Shown here: positions 18,686-27,784 of the stretch, piece after piece | Layout: every line of letters begins with the position of its first letter | Position numbering within the stretch: the first letter of the stretch is position 1 | Position numbers and translations under genes: made by a program | Source: a virus | Taxonomy: Duplodnaviria > Caudoviricetes | Direction: 5' to 3' (one strand) | Virus record (IMG/VR): IMGVR_UViG_3300027887_000021 | Span: 1-44,507 of that record | Length of the DNA stretch: 44,507 nt | The notes under the pieces: model-generated | The model's database searches: none | What the model saw: only the letters and a program-made list of their open reading frames with translations | What the model was told of the DNA's origin: nothing

Positions 18686-19592
18686 CTCCATCACTCAAGG
18701 TGGAGACTGGCTGCGATGCAGTTGTCCACTTGCTGCTTGGCGACATGCCGGGGGATCAGACTCCAACCCTAGCTTTGGTCTTCGTATCGATGTACAGAGC
18801 AGAGTCAATTGTTTTGCGTGCGGGTTTCATGGGGACGTAAAAGATCTTTTGATTGAGATACGTTACTGGGTACAGAGTACTGGTGTACCCGCAGGCATGG
18901 ATTTGGCGTTAGCTACTTCTATCGCTTACGAAGAGGTTGAACAGGGGTACATACAGCAGCAGAGCTGGAGTCTCAGCAAACTTTTTGAGCAGCCCAGACC
19001 CTGGCCCGAGAAGTGGATCAGTTCGTTTTTTTATGCCGACCTCGTGTCTGAGGCTAGCGAGTATCTTTCTGCCAGAGGCGTTACCAATGCAGTCTCCAGA
19101 TCTTTCGGTTTACGATGGGACCCCAAGCGTCATGCGATCCTTTTCCCTCTGCGTTCACACGCAGGGCAATTGGTCGGGGCACGGGGGCGATTGCTACAGG
19201 GCAGTCCCAAATACCTGGATTACAAATACCAGGGGCATAGCAATGCGAAGTTTTGTCTCTACAACCTGGAGCGCATCTCCTATCTCAAACCACTGGTGAT
19301 CACCGAAGGGACCTTCGATTGTCTCTCGGTTGCACGGGTGTATCCGAATGTGGTGTCCACTTTAGGGGTGGCATTAAGCAAACAGCGGTTGTCGTTGCTG
19401 AAGAACGCACCGGAGATCTGGTGTTTCTTCGATGACGACAAGGCTGGCAGGGACGCAGAAATACGAGTGAAGGAGTCACTCAAAACCAGTGTGGTCAGAC
19501 GGGTGCCGTACAAAGTTGCGGCAAAAGATCCCGGTGAAATGACCAAAGAGCAAATCCATGAGTGCTTACAAGGCACAGGAGTTTTGACATGA
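18639..19592 (+). CDS. dnaG: DNA primase (Zn-binding domain plus TOPRIM)
   Basis: CP...H...NPS...CFAC zinc domain; TEGTFD; FDDDKAG; KDPGE. Confidence 0.9.
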   Translation: MDLHQGEQFLLALGADSITQGGDWLRCSCPLAAWRHAGGSDSNPSFGLRIDVQSRVNCFACGFHGDVKDLLIEIRYWVQSTGVPAGMDLALATSIAYEEVEQGYIQQQSWSLSKLFEQPRPWPEKWISSFFYADLVSEASEYLSARGVTNAVSRSFGLRWDPKRHAILFPLRSHAGQLVGARGRLLQGSPKYLDYKYQGHSNAKFCLYNLERISYLKPLVITEGTFDCLSVARVYPNVVSTLGVALSKQRLSLLKNAPEIWCFFDDDKAGRDAEIRVKESLKTSVVRRVPYKVAAKDPGEMTKEQIHECLQGTGVLT

Positions 19593-20341
19593 GTTGGCTG
19601 AAGAAAGGCAATGAGTCTGCACAAGCAATGGCTCAGGACGAGCAGGAAATTTCTGCGCGTAAAAACCGTACCCGCAGATTTTGGGTGAAGGAGGGTGGTG
19701 AGGAGAAGCGCATCACCTTCGTTGACGGTAACCTGACGAAGGAAGGCAACCTCGACATTGTCACAACCTACGAGCATCAACTGCTGCGGAATGGACGCTG
19801 GGACAACTTCCACATCTGCACGATGAAAACGGACGGGGCTTGTCCGATCTGCGAGGACGGTGATACTCCGGCGTTTATCGGTGCTCTCACCATCATCAAT
19901 CACACTCCCTACACAGCAAAAAATGGCAAGATCTACAAGGATCAGCGTGAGCTGTTTGTGTGCAAGCGTGACACGATCAAGCTGCTCACTGCTATTGCCG
20001 TGAAGCGCGGCGGCTTAGCGGGCTGCACGTTTGATGTTGTGCGTGTGGGAGACAAGGCGGCAAGAGTTGGTTCGCAGTTCGACTTTGTCGAGAAGCTTCC
20101 TCTCGCTGCTCTGCGGGGCAAGTACACCTACAAGACCCAGGAGGGTAAGGTGCTTTCGCTCTTCACTCCGCTGAAGTACGAGGAGGAGCTGGCGTATCTC
20201 TCTCCCACTGAGTTGCGTGGGATGGGGTTCGGTACGAGCCCAGTAGTATTTCAGTCTGCCCAGGAAAAGTCGTTTGTCGAGACTGCTGATGAGCCTGACG
20301 ACGACTCCATTCCTTTTGAGACTGAAGAACTTCCCGAGTAA
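19589..20341 (+). CDS. single-stranded DNA-binding protein (gp32-like)
   Basis: H...C...CPIC zinc motif, acidic DDDSIPF tail, replication context. Confidence 0.7.
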   Translation: MSWLKKGNESAQAMAQDEQEISARKNRTRRFWVKEGGEEKRITFVDGNLTKEGNLDIVTTYEHQLLRNGRWDNFHICTMKTDGACPICEDGDTPAFIGALTIINHTPYTAKNGKIYKDQRELFVCKRDTIKLLTAIAVKRGGLAGCTFDVVRVGDKAARVGSQFDFVEKLPLAALRGKYTYKTQEGKVLSLFTPLKYEEELAYLSPTELRGMGFGTSPVVFQSAQEKSFVETADEPDDDSIPFETEELPE

Positions 20342-20371
20342 GGAGGCGGGGGGCGAAAGCCCCCCCTACCC

Positions 20372-21679
20372 ATGATTACTGATCTCCCTCCGCTGTTCGT
20401 GGATGCGTTGGCGTGGTTCCCTGACTCTCCGGCAATCCGTCGAAGGGCTAAGCATCTTTCGCGATTCGGTGAAGAGCTTAACCTGCTCGTGGAAAAAGAC
20501 GGGCTTGTTGGTCTACCGAGAGAAGAATGCTACCCGGCTCAGACGCTGGATGAAGACCACCGGTCTTTTGGATCGAAGACTACTTTTCTCGTTCGCAGTC
20601 CTCCGCGCAATCGAGAGCAAGAGCGAGTAATCGAGGAGTCCTATCGTCTGCTCAAGGAGGAGAAGAACCACATCTTTCGAGCGACCACTGGCTTCGGCAA
20701 AACCTATTGCGCTTTGGCGATTGCTGCTCGCCTGGGAACCACTGTACTGGTAGTGGTCACCAAAGAGGACTTGATGGAGCAGTGGCAGAAAGCGATCCTC
20801 AAACACACAACGCTGACTGAAGATGATATCGGATTTGTTCAGCAGGACCGATGCGACTATCGAGACAAAGCCATCGTTATCGGGATGGTTCAGTCTATCG
20901 CCAAGGACAAGTACGGAGACGACTACAAGTCCTACTTCGGGCTCGTCATTTTCGATGAGGTTCATCGCATGGGGGCTGACACCTTTTCGCTCTCGTGCCA
21001 ATTCTTCTCTGCGGTTTACCGGCTGGGGTTATCAGCAACCCCGTACCGGATCGATGGCAAAGACATGGTCTTCACCTCGCACATTGGACCTGTCCGAGTC
21101 CAGACGGCATTGGTCGCGGTGCCGCCAAAGGTGTACATGATCGAGACGGGGTGGAGACCCCGAGGGTACATCTACTACACCCCCGGCAAGATGATGGGGC
21201 TGATCAAGGCTCTGGCGGAAGACCGTGCGAGGAATGACCGTATTGTCAAACACATCTATCGAGCCTGGGAGGGAAAACGGGTCACCATTGTCTTTAGTGA
21301 TCTTAAGATCACTCACCTGAGGGTGCTGCATGATCTTGCGGTAGAGGCTGGCATCCCCGCCACCGAGATGGCTTATTACGTCGGTGGACTGACCGAGGCT
21401 CAGCGAGAGCTGGCGAAGACCAAGCGCATTATCCTGGCGACCTATGCGATGGTGGGCGAGGCTACTGATATCCCATGGCTCGATGTAGCAATCCTGGCAA
21501 CCCCACGAGCGAATGTGCAGCAAGCGGTGGGCAGAGTGCTACGTGAGGTGGAAGGGAAGCCTGTCCCGATCATCGTTGATTTCATGGACACAGCCATACC
21601 TGAGTTGAAGCAGTACGCTCACAAACGTCTGCGTACCTATGCAAGTTTGTCTGCAGTTGTAGAAACCCGTGGTCTCTAG
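20372..21679 (+). CDS. superfamily 2 helicase (XPB/Ssl2-like)
   Basis: ATTGFGKT, DEVH, LSAT, QAVGRVLR. Confidence 0.9.
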   Translation: MITDLPPLFVDALAWFPDSPAIRRRAKHLSRFGEELNLLVEKDGLVGLPREECYPAQTLDEDHRSFGSKTTFLVRSPPRNREQERVIEESYRLLKEEKNHIFRATTGFGKTYCALAIAARLGTTVLVVVTKEDLMEQWQKAILKHTTLTEDDIGFVQQDRCDYRDKAIVIGMVQSIAKDKYGDDYKSYFGLVIFDEVHRMGADTFSLSCQFFSAVYRLGLSATPYRIDGKDMVFTSHIGPVRVQTALVAVPPKVYMIETGWRPRGYIYYTPGKMMGLIKALAEDRARNDRIVKHIYRAWEGKRVTIVFSDLKITHLRVLHDLAVEAGIPATEMAYYVGGLTEAQRELAKTKRIILATYAMVGEATDIPWLDVAILATPRANVQQAVGRVLREVEGKPVPIIVDFMDTAIPELKQYAHKRLRTYASLSAVVETRGL

Positions 21680-21734
21680 TACAGTTGACAACCAGCCTTG
21701 GGAGGGGTTTGACATGAAGCTATAGGAGACTACT

Positions 21735-22217
21735 GTGGACAGTGAGAGCGCATCCAATTTCCAGCGTTGGTATGAGCGTAACAAGGAGGAATTCAACGCT
21801 AAGCGTCGGGCACGCTATCACCAGGATCAAACCTACAAGCAACGGGTGATGGAGTATTCGCGGATCTCACGGCAGAGAGCGAAGTCTCGACCTAAAGCTC
21901 CCAAGCGTGAATGGCTGCTCTCCGAAGTGTCGGCACTCGTCGGGGTATCAGTGACCACTCTGAGGTATTGGGAAGCCCGGAAGTACATACCAAAGCCGGA
22001 TGATGATCGGATCGTGCGACGGTATAACGTCCAACAAGTGTCTCTCCTACAGTATTTCGCATCACATTACAAAGACTATCGTGGGCTGAGGAAGGCAGGC
22101 GAGATGTCCTTCCATGATCTCAACGATAACCTGCAGAAGCTAGCCGAGTTTGTGCGGCGGGAGTGGAGCAATGCCAGTCAAAATCGTCAAGAAGGGTCAC
22201 AGCGGATCAGTCGTTGA
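21735..22217 (+). CDS. MerR-like HTH regulator
   Basis: LSEVSALVGVSVTTLRYWEARKYIPKP...RRY. Confidence 0.75.
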   Translation: MDSESASNFQRWYERNKEEFNAKRRARYHQDQTYKQRVMEYSRISRQRAKSRPKAPKREWLLSEVSALVGVSVTTLRYWEARKYIPKPDDDRIVRRYNVQQVSLLQYFASHYKDYRGLRKAGEMSFHDLNDNLQKLAEFVRREWSNASQNRQEGSQRISR

Positions 22218-22482
22218 AGAGGTGGTACACAAGGACAAAAGTACATCCAAGAAGGAGACCGAGCTGCCTTTCGAGCATGACGGTGATGGTGCAATGGCCG
22301 AGGTGGGTATCGTGTTGGGTCGCACCGTGAACCTGCAGAATTACGAGTCGGCCAGGGTCTCCGTCTCTATCAAGATGCCTTGCCCTCCAGAGGACCTGGA
22401 TGAGACCTTTGAAACCATTCAGTCTTGGGCGGATGAGCGTGTGGGGCAACTGTTGGACGAGATCATGGGATCAAAGCAGTGA
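22171..22482 (+). CDS. conserved phage hypothetical protein
   Basis: GGAG RBS; TVNLQNYESARV motif typical next to phage recombinases. Confidence 0.65.
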   Translation: MPVKIVKKGHSGSVVEEVVHKDKSTSKKETELPFEHDGDGAMAEVGIVLGRTVNLQNYESARVSVSIKMPCPPEDLDETFETIQSWADERVGQLLDEIMGSKQ

Positions 22483-23528
22483 AGGTCGCCCAGATCGTCA
22501 AGCAGGTTCAGAAGGAGCATGGGGAAAAGATTGGAGGCTTGGGGCACCAGTATCCTGAGGCTCCCAGGCTGCCTACAGGCATCTTTGAGCTGGACCTGAT
22601 GCTGGGGGGAGGCTTCCCCCGAAGTCGTCTCTCACAGCTCTACGGGGCCGAGTCGTCTGGTAAGACGATGCTGGCATATCTCCTCATCGCTGAGACGCAA
22701 CGTCGAGGTCTGGCAGCGGTGCTGCTCGATGTCGAGGGGACCTACGATGCAGCCTGGGCAAAAAAGTGCGGAGTCGATCCCGATGCCCTGGTGGTGTTGG
22801 AGCCCAACACGGTAGAGCAGTGTAGCGACATCGCTGAGGACTTTGCCTATGCCGATGATCTGGGGCTGCTCATCGTAGACTCGGTAGCGGCTCTTCTTAC
22901 TCAGAACGAGTTGGAGTCTGAGACAGGCAAGATGGCTGTGGGTGGCAGCGCACTGCTTGCTACTCGCATGATGAAGAAGATGATGACGGCACTGAAGAAG
23001 GCCCGGAGCAATGGTATCGATCCGGCTATCCTGCTCATCAATCAGATCCGCACGAAGGTGGGTGTGTTGTATGGCGACACCGAAAGTCTTCCCGGAGGCA
23101 ATGCCGCCAAATTTTTTCCCACGCTGAATGTGCGACTGCACGCAAAGAAGAAGGTTGACAAAGCGGTGCATCCTTCTCTCAATACGTGGGCAACTACGAC
23201 GGCTACCATTAAGAAGGCAAAGCTTCCGCACACCTCTTTATCCTGCGAGTTCGACCTCTGTCTGTATGAGCATGAGGGGTTGCAGGTAGGGCAGACTGAC
23301 TCGTGGAAGCTGGCGCACAACTTGATGCGAGGGCATGGCATCATTACGAAGGTCGGCACTACCTACGAATACGATGGCATGACGTTTCCTACTCTGTCTG
23401 CCCTCCGAGAGCTGTACCGCACTGATCCAGTGATGCGGGCAGGGATGCAAGACAAAGTGGTGGCAGCGGTCAAATCGAGTCCTCCTCCGAAAAATGCAGA
23501 GTCCGAAGCAGCAGAAGAAAGCGAGTGA
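22479..23528 (+). CDS. recA: RecA/UvsX-like recombinase
   Basis: PTGIFELDLMLGGGFP, GAESSGKT, IVDSVAAL, INQIR, PGGNA. Confidence 0.93.
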   Translation: MKVAQIVKQVQKEHGEKIGGLGHQYPEAPRLPTGIFELDLMLGGGFPRSRLSQLYGAESSGKTMLAYLLIAETQRRGLAAVLLDVEGTYDAAWAKKCGVDPDALVVLEPNTVEQCSDIAEDFAYADDLGLLIVDSVAALLTQNELESETGKMAVGGSALLATRMMKKMMTALKKARSNGIDPAILLINQIRTKVGVLYGDTESLPGGNAAKFFPTLNVRLHAKKKVDKAVHPSLNTWATTTATIKKAKLPHTSLSCEFDLCLYEHEGLQVGQTDSWKLAHNLMRGHGIITKVGTTYEYDGMTFPTLSALRELYRTDPVMRAGMQDKVVAAVKSSPPPKNAESEAAEESE

Positions 23529-23859
23529 AGGGTCAGGTAGTGCGGGCAGGAATAACGAGCGCATTAAGGCTCAGCGTCTTCGCGCTGTTCGTACTCCTGG
23601 TTCTGGTGTTTTTGCTGGAGCTAAGGGTGATATGCAGGTAGGAGATTTCCTCCTGGAGAACAAGAGCACGAAGAATCGCTCACTGGGAGTGAGCCTTGCG
23701 TGGCTGACCAAGATAGCGCACGAGGCAGCGATGAAGGGCAAGGTCCCCGCATTGTCTGTGTCGTTCACCACTGAGTCCGGTGTAGACGTTGATGATGGGT
23801 CTTGGGTGATGGTGCCTGAATGGTGGTTCAGAGATGCACTTGACAAAGAATCTGCCTAA
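23494..23859 (+). CDS. PD-(D/E)XK Holliday-junction-resolvase-like endonuclease
   Basis: E...RTPGSG...KGD...LLENK. Confidence 0.65.
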   Translation: MQSPKQQKKASEGSGSAGRNNERIKAQRLRAVRTPGSGVFAGAKGDMQVGDFLLENKSTKNRSLGVSLAWLTKIAHEAAMKGKVPALSVSFTTESGVDVDDGSWVMVPEWWFRDALDKESA

Positions 23860-24712
23860 GGCTTTTTCCCTGGTGGACATGCTGCACGGGGTGCTTGGCG
23901 GCAAAGTACCTGCCCGGCCTTACACCACTATTCGTGCGTCAGCAGTCACCAAGCAGGACCTCGCCTTTTGTCCGCGAGAAGTAGCCATCCTGGATTTGAA
24001 GAAGCAGAAGCCGAAGGACGAGTACATCGCTCCGGCTACCAAGGTGGCGTTTGAGCAGGGTGAATCACTGCATCATCTTGCTCGCAACAACTGGCTCAGG
24101 TCAGTTGCTATCGGGGATTGGAAGTGTCCGATGTGCGGGCACAAGCACTACTTCACTCTTGCTCCTAAAGCCGATTGTCCGAAGTGCGGGATGAAGGGCT
24201 CTGCCTTTCTCTACTCCGAAGTGGAGATAAAGAGCGAGCATTACATCTGGGGCAATCTGGATCTCATCATCGATGAAGGGCTGGACAAGCACTGCATGGT
24301 CGAGATCAAGACCATCGATAAGGACCAGTTCAAAGAACTCAAGATGCCTCTCGCAGAACACCGTCTTCGCACTAATTTGTACCTGGAGTTAATTCGTACT
24401 TCTACTCTTCCCGAGAAGGACCACATCAATCAGGACTACGCTCGCATCCTCTACATCTCGAAAGGCTACGGGGCTAAGAACGATGACGGCAAGGTGTCTC
24501 CCTTCCGCGAGTTCAAGGTGTCCTACGAGCTTAGCCTTCTGAAGCCGTACATCGAGAAGGCACAACTCGTGAAGCTGTTCCGTGAGACCGGCAAGATCCC
24601 CAAGCGCATTTGTCCATCTGCTATGGGTCCGCGAGTGAAAGCGTGTTCAGTCGGTGCCGACTGTTGGAGTGCCACGTATCCTGAGGGGGCAGTGTGCAAG
24701 TTCTCGGACTAG
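23834..24712 (+). CDS. Cas4-like PD-(D/E)XK exonuclease with Zn-finger insert
   Basis: CPR...G..LH, GNLD, VEIKT, three C-terminal Cys; CPMC/CPKC insert. Confidence 0.75.
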   Translation: MHLTKNLPKAFSLVDMLHGVLGGKVPARPYTTIRASAVTKQDLAFCPREVAILDLKKQKPKDEYIAPATKVAFEQGESLHHLARNNWLRSVAIGDWKCPMCGHKHYFTLAPKADCPKCGMKGSAFLYSEVEIKSEHYIWGNLDLIIDEGLDKHCMVEIKTIDKDQFKELKMPLAEHRLRTNLYLELIRTSTLPEKDHINQDYARILYISKGYGAKNDDGKVSPFREFKVSYELSLLKPYIEKAQLVKLFRETGKIPKRICPSAMGPRVKACSVGADCWSATYPEGAVCKFSD

Positions 24713-25212
24713 ATCCCAGTACCAAGACTGGCTGGGCAATTGTGAAGGTGGATACTGCGGGTGTCATCCAGCATGAGACGGGTGTCGAATCCTTTTTCGG
24801 TACTGGCATCCATCGTATGCGGCAGGTTGCTGATTGGGTGTCGGTGTTCCTTTATGACTACAACAGCAGTCCTTTCGATCTGGTGGTCATCGAGGGCTAC
24901 GCCTATTCCAACTTCCACACTCTAGCAACGCTTGTGGAGATCGGCACAGCTTTGCGCCTGGGTCTCGATCATGCAGACTATCCATACCTCGATGTTTCGC
25001 CGACTTCCCTGAAGAAGTTTGTGACCGGCAAAGGCAACGCGAAGAAGGATCTCGTGATGAAAGAGATCTACAAGCGATGGGGGACCGAGTTTGACACCAC
25101 CGATGAGGCTGATGCCTTCGGTCTTGCCATGGTGGGGGTAGCGGTCCTGGACAAATCTCCAGTTTTTTTTACAGCAGATCAGCGTAAACTCGCTAGATCG
25201 CTTGGGAAATGA
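24694..25212 (+). CDS. ruvC: RuvC-like Holliday junction resolvase
   Basis: LGLDPS, VIEG, LKKFVTGKGNAKK, DEADA. Confidence 0.9.
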   Translation: MQVLGLDPSTKTGWAIVKVDTAGVIQHETGVESFFGTGIHRMRQVADWVSVFLYDYNSSPFDLVVIEGYAYSNFHTLATLVEIGTALRLGLDHADYPYLDVSPTSLKKFVTGKGNAKKDLVMKEIYKRWGTEFDTTDEADAFGLAMVGVAVLDKSPVFFTADQRKLARSLGK

Positions 25213-25304
25213 AAAAAGAGAGTGACATCAATATCACTCTATGGTAGGCTTCGGTTCACGGGTGGGGTGGTCTCACCCCGGTTGACAACTCCTGAGGAGG
25301 GACA

Positions 25305-26078
25305 ATGGCGACGGCTACCGCGAAGAAGAAAGTGACAGAGGAAGAGGTGGACCTCCTGTTGGAGACGGCTCATTCCATCGAGACACTGTCGAAGGACAAG
25401 GCTCTCGCCATGGCTACGCACCTCGTGGAGGAGCGGGGCTTCGGTGATTTCAGGCTGGGGGGCCTGCTCACCGTTATCAATCAGAACGGCTGGTGGGAGC
25501 CCTACGAGAGCTACAAGGCATACCTGGGTGCTCACGGCATTCAGTACAGAAAGGCTTGCTATCTCTCCGACATCTACACAAAACTGGTAGAGGCGCAGAT
25601 CCCCTGGAGCGCAGTGAAGGATGTCGGCTGGACCAAGCTGAAGGAGATGGTCCGCATTCCTCTCACTCCCGACAATGTTGAGGAGTGGGCAGAGAAAGCC
25701 CAGAGCATGACTGTTGTGCAGTTGCTAGATGCAATCAAGAAGGCTAAGGGGCTGTCCTCGATCACCGGCACTGAGTCCTCTACGTCTCTCAGCACCATGA
25801 CGTTCAAGGTGCATGAGGATCAGAAGGACACCATCAGGCAGGCTCTCGACAAGATCCGGGAGGAGATGCCCACCGAGCACGATGCCGTTGCTCTGGAGGC
25901 TCTGGCGATTGCCTACATGGGTGGCGAGGTCGAGATCAAGACCGTGGCGACTGATCCGGTCTCGGTCCCGGAGGTGGTGTCCCTTGCTGCCCTGCTCAAG
26001 AAGGAAGGCTACGAGGCTGTGCTGTCGGCGTGGGAGGAAGCCTTCCCCGAGCTGGATTTGACCCTGTCAATGACCTGA
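25305..26078 (+). CDS. hypothetical, probably DNA-binding protein
   Basis: GAGGAGG RBS; YESYKAY...IQYRKA.YL...VGWTKL helical pattern. Confidence 0.6.
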   Translation: MATATAKKKVTEEEVDLLLETAHSIETLSKDKALAMATHLVEERGFGDFRLGGLLTVINQNGWWEPYESYKAYLGAHGIQYRKACYLSDIYTKLVEAQIPWSAVKDVGWTKLKEMVRIPLTPDNVEEWAEKAQSMTVVQLLDAIKKAKGLSSITGTESSTSLSTMTFKVHEDQKDTIRQALDKIREEMPTEHDAVALEALAIAYMGGEVEIKTVATDPVSVPEVVSLAALLKKEGYEAVLSAWEEAFPELDLTLSMT

Positions 26079-26102
26079 TTTGCTCCCAAGTGGTTGATAT
26101 TA

Positions 26103-26127
26103 GGGGGGTTTAAGACCCCCCTTTTTT
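26103..26127 (+). terminator. intrinsic terminator
   Basis: GGGGGGT-TTAAG-ACCCCCC plus T6. Confidence 0.8.
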
Positions 26128-26138
26128 CTGCCTGCTTG

Positions 26139-26194
26139 TTGACAAACGCACACCTCTCAGGCACCATACTCTTACATCGAGACAGGAGTGGACG
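26139..26194 (+). promoter_or_regulatory. repeated promoter/RBS unit, copy 3
   Basis: TTGACA-20 bp-CATACT...ACATCGAGACAGGAGTGGACG-ATG. Confidence 0.6.
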
Positions 26195-26374
26195 ATGAAC
26201 ACCAGCTACTACCATTCGGCCCGGTACGTTCTCACCAAGATCCTTGAGGAGAATGCGGCGGCTCTGGAGCGTTACCTCCGCAAGCACGCTGAGAGCTTGA
26301 CGCTAGAGGAGATTGAGAACCTGCGGAAGCGTCATGCGGAGACTCGGTCCTATCTCCTGCGGTCCAACATCTGA
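26195..26374 (+). CDS. small hypothetical protein, 59 aa (MNTSYYHSAR...), not in the ORF track
   Basis: read by hand; AGGAG RBS and promoter. Confidence 0.7.
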   Translation: MNTSYYHSARYVLTKILEENAAALERYLRKHAESLTLEEIENLRKRHAETRSYLLRSNI

Positions 26375-26384
26375 GGAGGATGCC

Positions 26385-26609
26385 ATGAAACTCAAGATCG
26401 AGGTCGAGGTCCTGGTTACTCATACCGAGGAGACTCTTGACGAGGCTCTGGAGCGGGCAAAGGAGCTGATCAACCTCCCCGGCTGCAACCGGGTCATCAT
26501 CGAGAAGCCCAACAAGAAGCACTCCATCTACGCCGAGTACGAGGTCCACGCTCTGAGTGCTGAGCGGGTCACCTGGATCGAGAAGTACGCTACTGACAAG
26601 GACTACTGA
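26385..26609 (+). CDS. small hypothetical protein
   Basis: GAGGAGG RBS. Confidence 0.7.
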   Translation: MKLKIEVEVLVTHTEETLDEALERAKELINLPGCNRVIIEKPNKKHSIYAEYEVHALSAERVTWIEKYATDKDY

Positions 26610-26619
26610 GGAGGGCATC

Positions 26620-26805
26620 GTGGAACTGGAGCGGCGAGCAGAGTACGTGCGGGAAGCCATCGAGGACGGCTACTCCCCGACTTCCGAGGATCTGGAGCTT
26701 CTGCTCTATGTCGAGGACCTGGAGCAGGAGTACTCCTGGTATCGCCAGCACCTCGACCAGCACCCCTGCGGTCTGGAAGACGCTGACAGGACCCCTCATC
26801 ATTGA
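26620..26805 (+). CDS. small acidic hypothetical protein
   Basis: GAGGAGG RBS before GTG. Confidence 0.6.
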   Translation: MELERRAEYVREAIEDGYSPTSEDLELLLYVEDLEQEYSWYRQHLDQHPCGLEDADRTPHH

Positions 26806-26808
26806 CGA

Positions 26809-26970
26809 ATGAATCACAAGCGTGGCAGACCAAAGAATCGGCGGGCAGGTTGTCTCATGTGCAAGCCCAACAAGATGAACGGCTGGAACAAGTCCAGGTA
26901 CGTTCATTTTGGCTTCGGTAAATTCCGCGCCTTCGATGGAACAGAGCATGAACTACGCAACCATTCTTAA
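26809..26970 (+). CDS. small basic protein, 53 aa (MNHKRGRPKNRRAGCLMCKP...), not in the ORF track
   Basis: read by hand; CxxC motif; fills the gap. Confidence 0.55.
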   Translation: MNHKRGRPKNRRAGCLMCKPNKMNGWNKSRYVHFGFGKFRAFDGTEHELRNHS

Positions 26971-27784
26971 GGCGGGCAAAGGCAATGATTGCCATAATCC
27001 CGCTGGCTCTCCCAACAGCACGGGCGGGCAGTTCTGCTCTTCGACCAGTGCTTCTATTGCTACCTCGCGCACTCGGCCTAAGGAGCAAGTGATTTTCGAG
27101 AAGCCCCTGGAAGGTCCTAATGGTGTGAAATTAGTTTCATACGTTTGGCAGTATGACTACGACACCTTCATTGACTCGCGGGGCGAGGAGCAGACCAAGC
27201 GGGTTTCCAATTGGGATGAGTCGGTCCCCTCTGCAATAACCAACCGGCAAATCGTTCACCAGTTCGGTATCGAGCGCAATGGTGTCGCTGAGCTAGTCTC
27301 TGCTGAGACTGCCGCCAAGCTGCTCACGGGTGGTGATGCTGAGATCAAAGCCAAGTTCAAGAGCGTTGCGTCTGCAGCGAAGACTCTCGCCAAGCAGCGC
27401 ATGAAGTTGATGGCTCTGCAGGCCGAGGCGCAGCAGATGGAAGTCGTTAGAGCCCAGGTCGATAAGCTGCCCGATCCTAAGATCACTGCACGCATGAGAG
27501 CAGAGGGAGACCCCAGCTATATCCCGCAGGGTTCGGTAATCATCGAGGCCAATGGCGAGCGGGTTACTTTCAAGCACCCTATGCGAGCGGTCAGCGATGA
27601 AGACAGGCTTAAGCATGTCCTCGATTGGAGTACGGTGGAGGACGCTAAGTTTCTCTGGAGAGAGGATCAGTACACTGCTCAAGGTGCGCCTTCTCATAAA
27701 TACGGCAAAGTGAAAGCGGATCTCTCTTATGCAGAGCGAGACGTTAAGCGCACCGAGAAGAAGATCAAGGGGCTCACCAAATGA
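26948..27784 (+). CDS. N-terminally tagged protein A
   Basis: starts MNYATILKAGKGNDCHNPAGSPNSTGGQFC. Confidence 0.75.
   Translation: MNYATILKAGKGNDCHNPAGSPNSTGGQFCSSTSASIATSRTRPKEQVIFEKPLEGPNGVKLVSYVWQYDYDTFIDSRGEEQTKRVSNWDESVPSAITNRQIVHQFGIERNGVAELVSAETAAKLLTGGDAEIKAKFKSVASAAKTLAKQRMKLMALQAEAQQMEVVRAQVDKLPDPKITARMRAEGDPSYIPQGSVIIEANGERVTFKHPMRAVSDEDRLKHVLDWSTVEDAKFLWREDQYTAQGAPSHKYGKVKADLSYAERDVKRTEKKIKGLTK

Noticed and set aside
23834-24712. Cas4-like gene as part of a CRISPR-Cas system
   Set aside because: No array or other cas genes; stand-alone Cas4-like nucleases are common in phage recombination modules.
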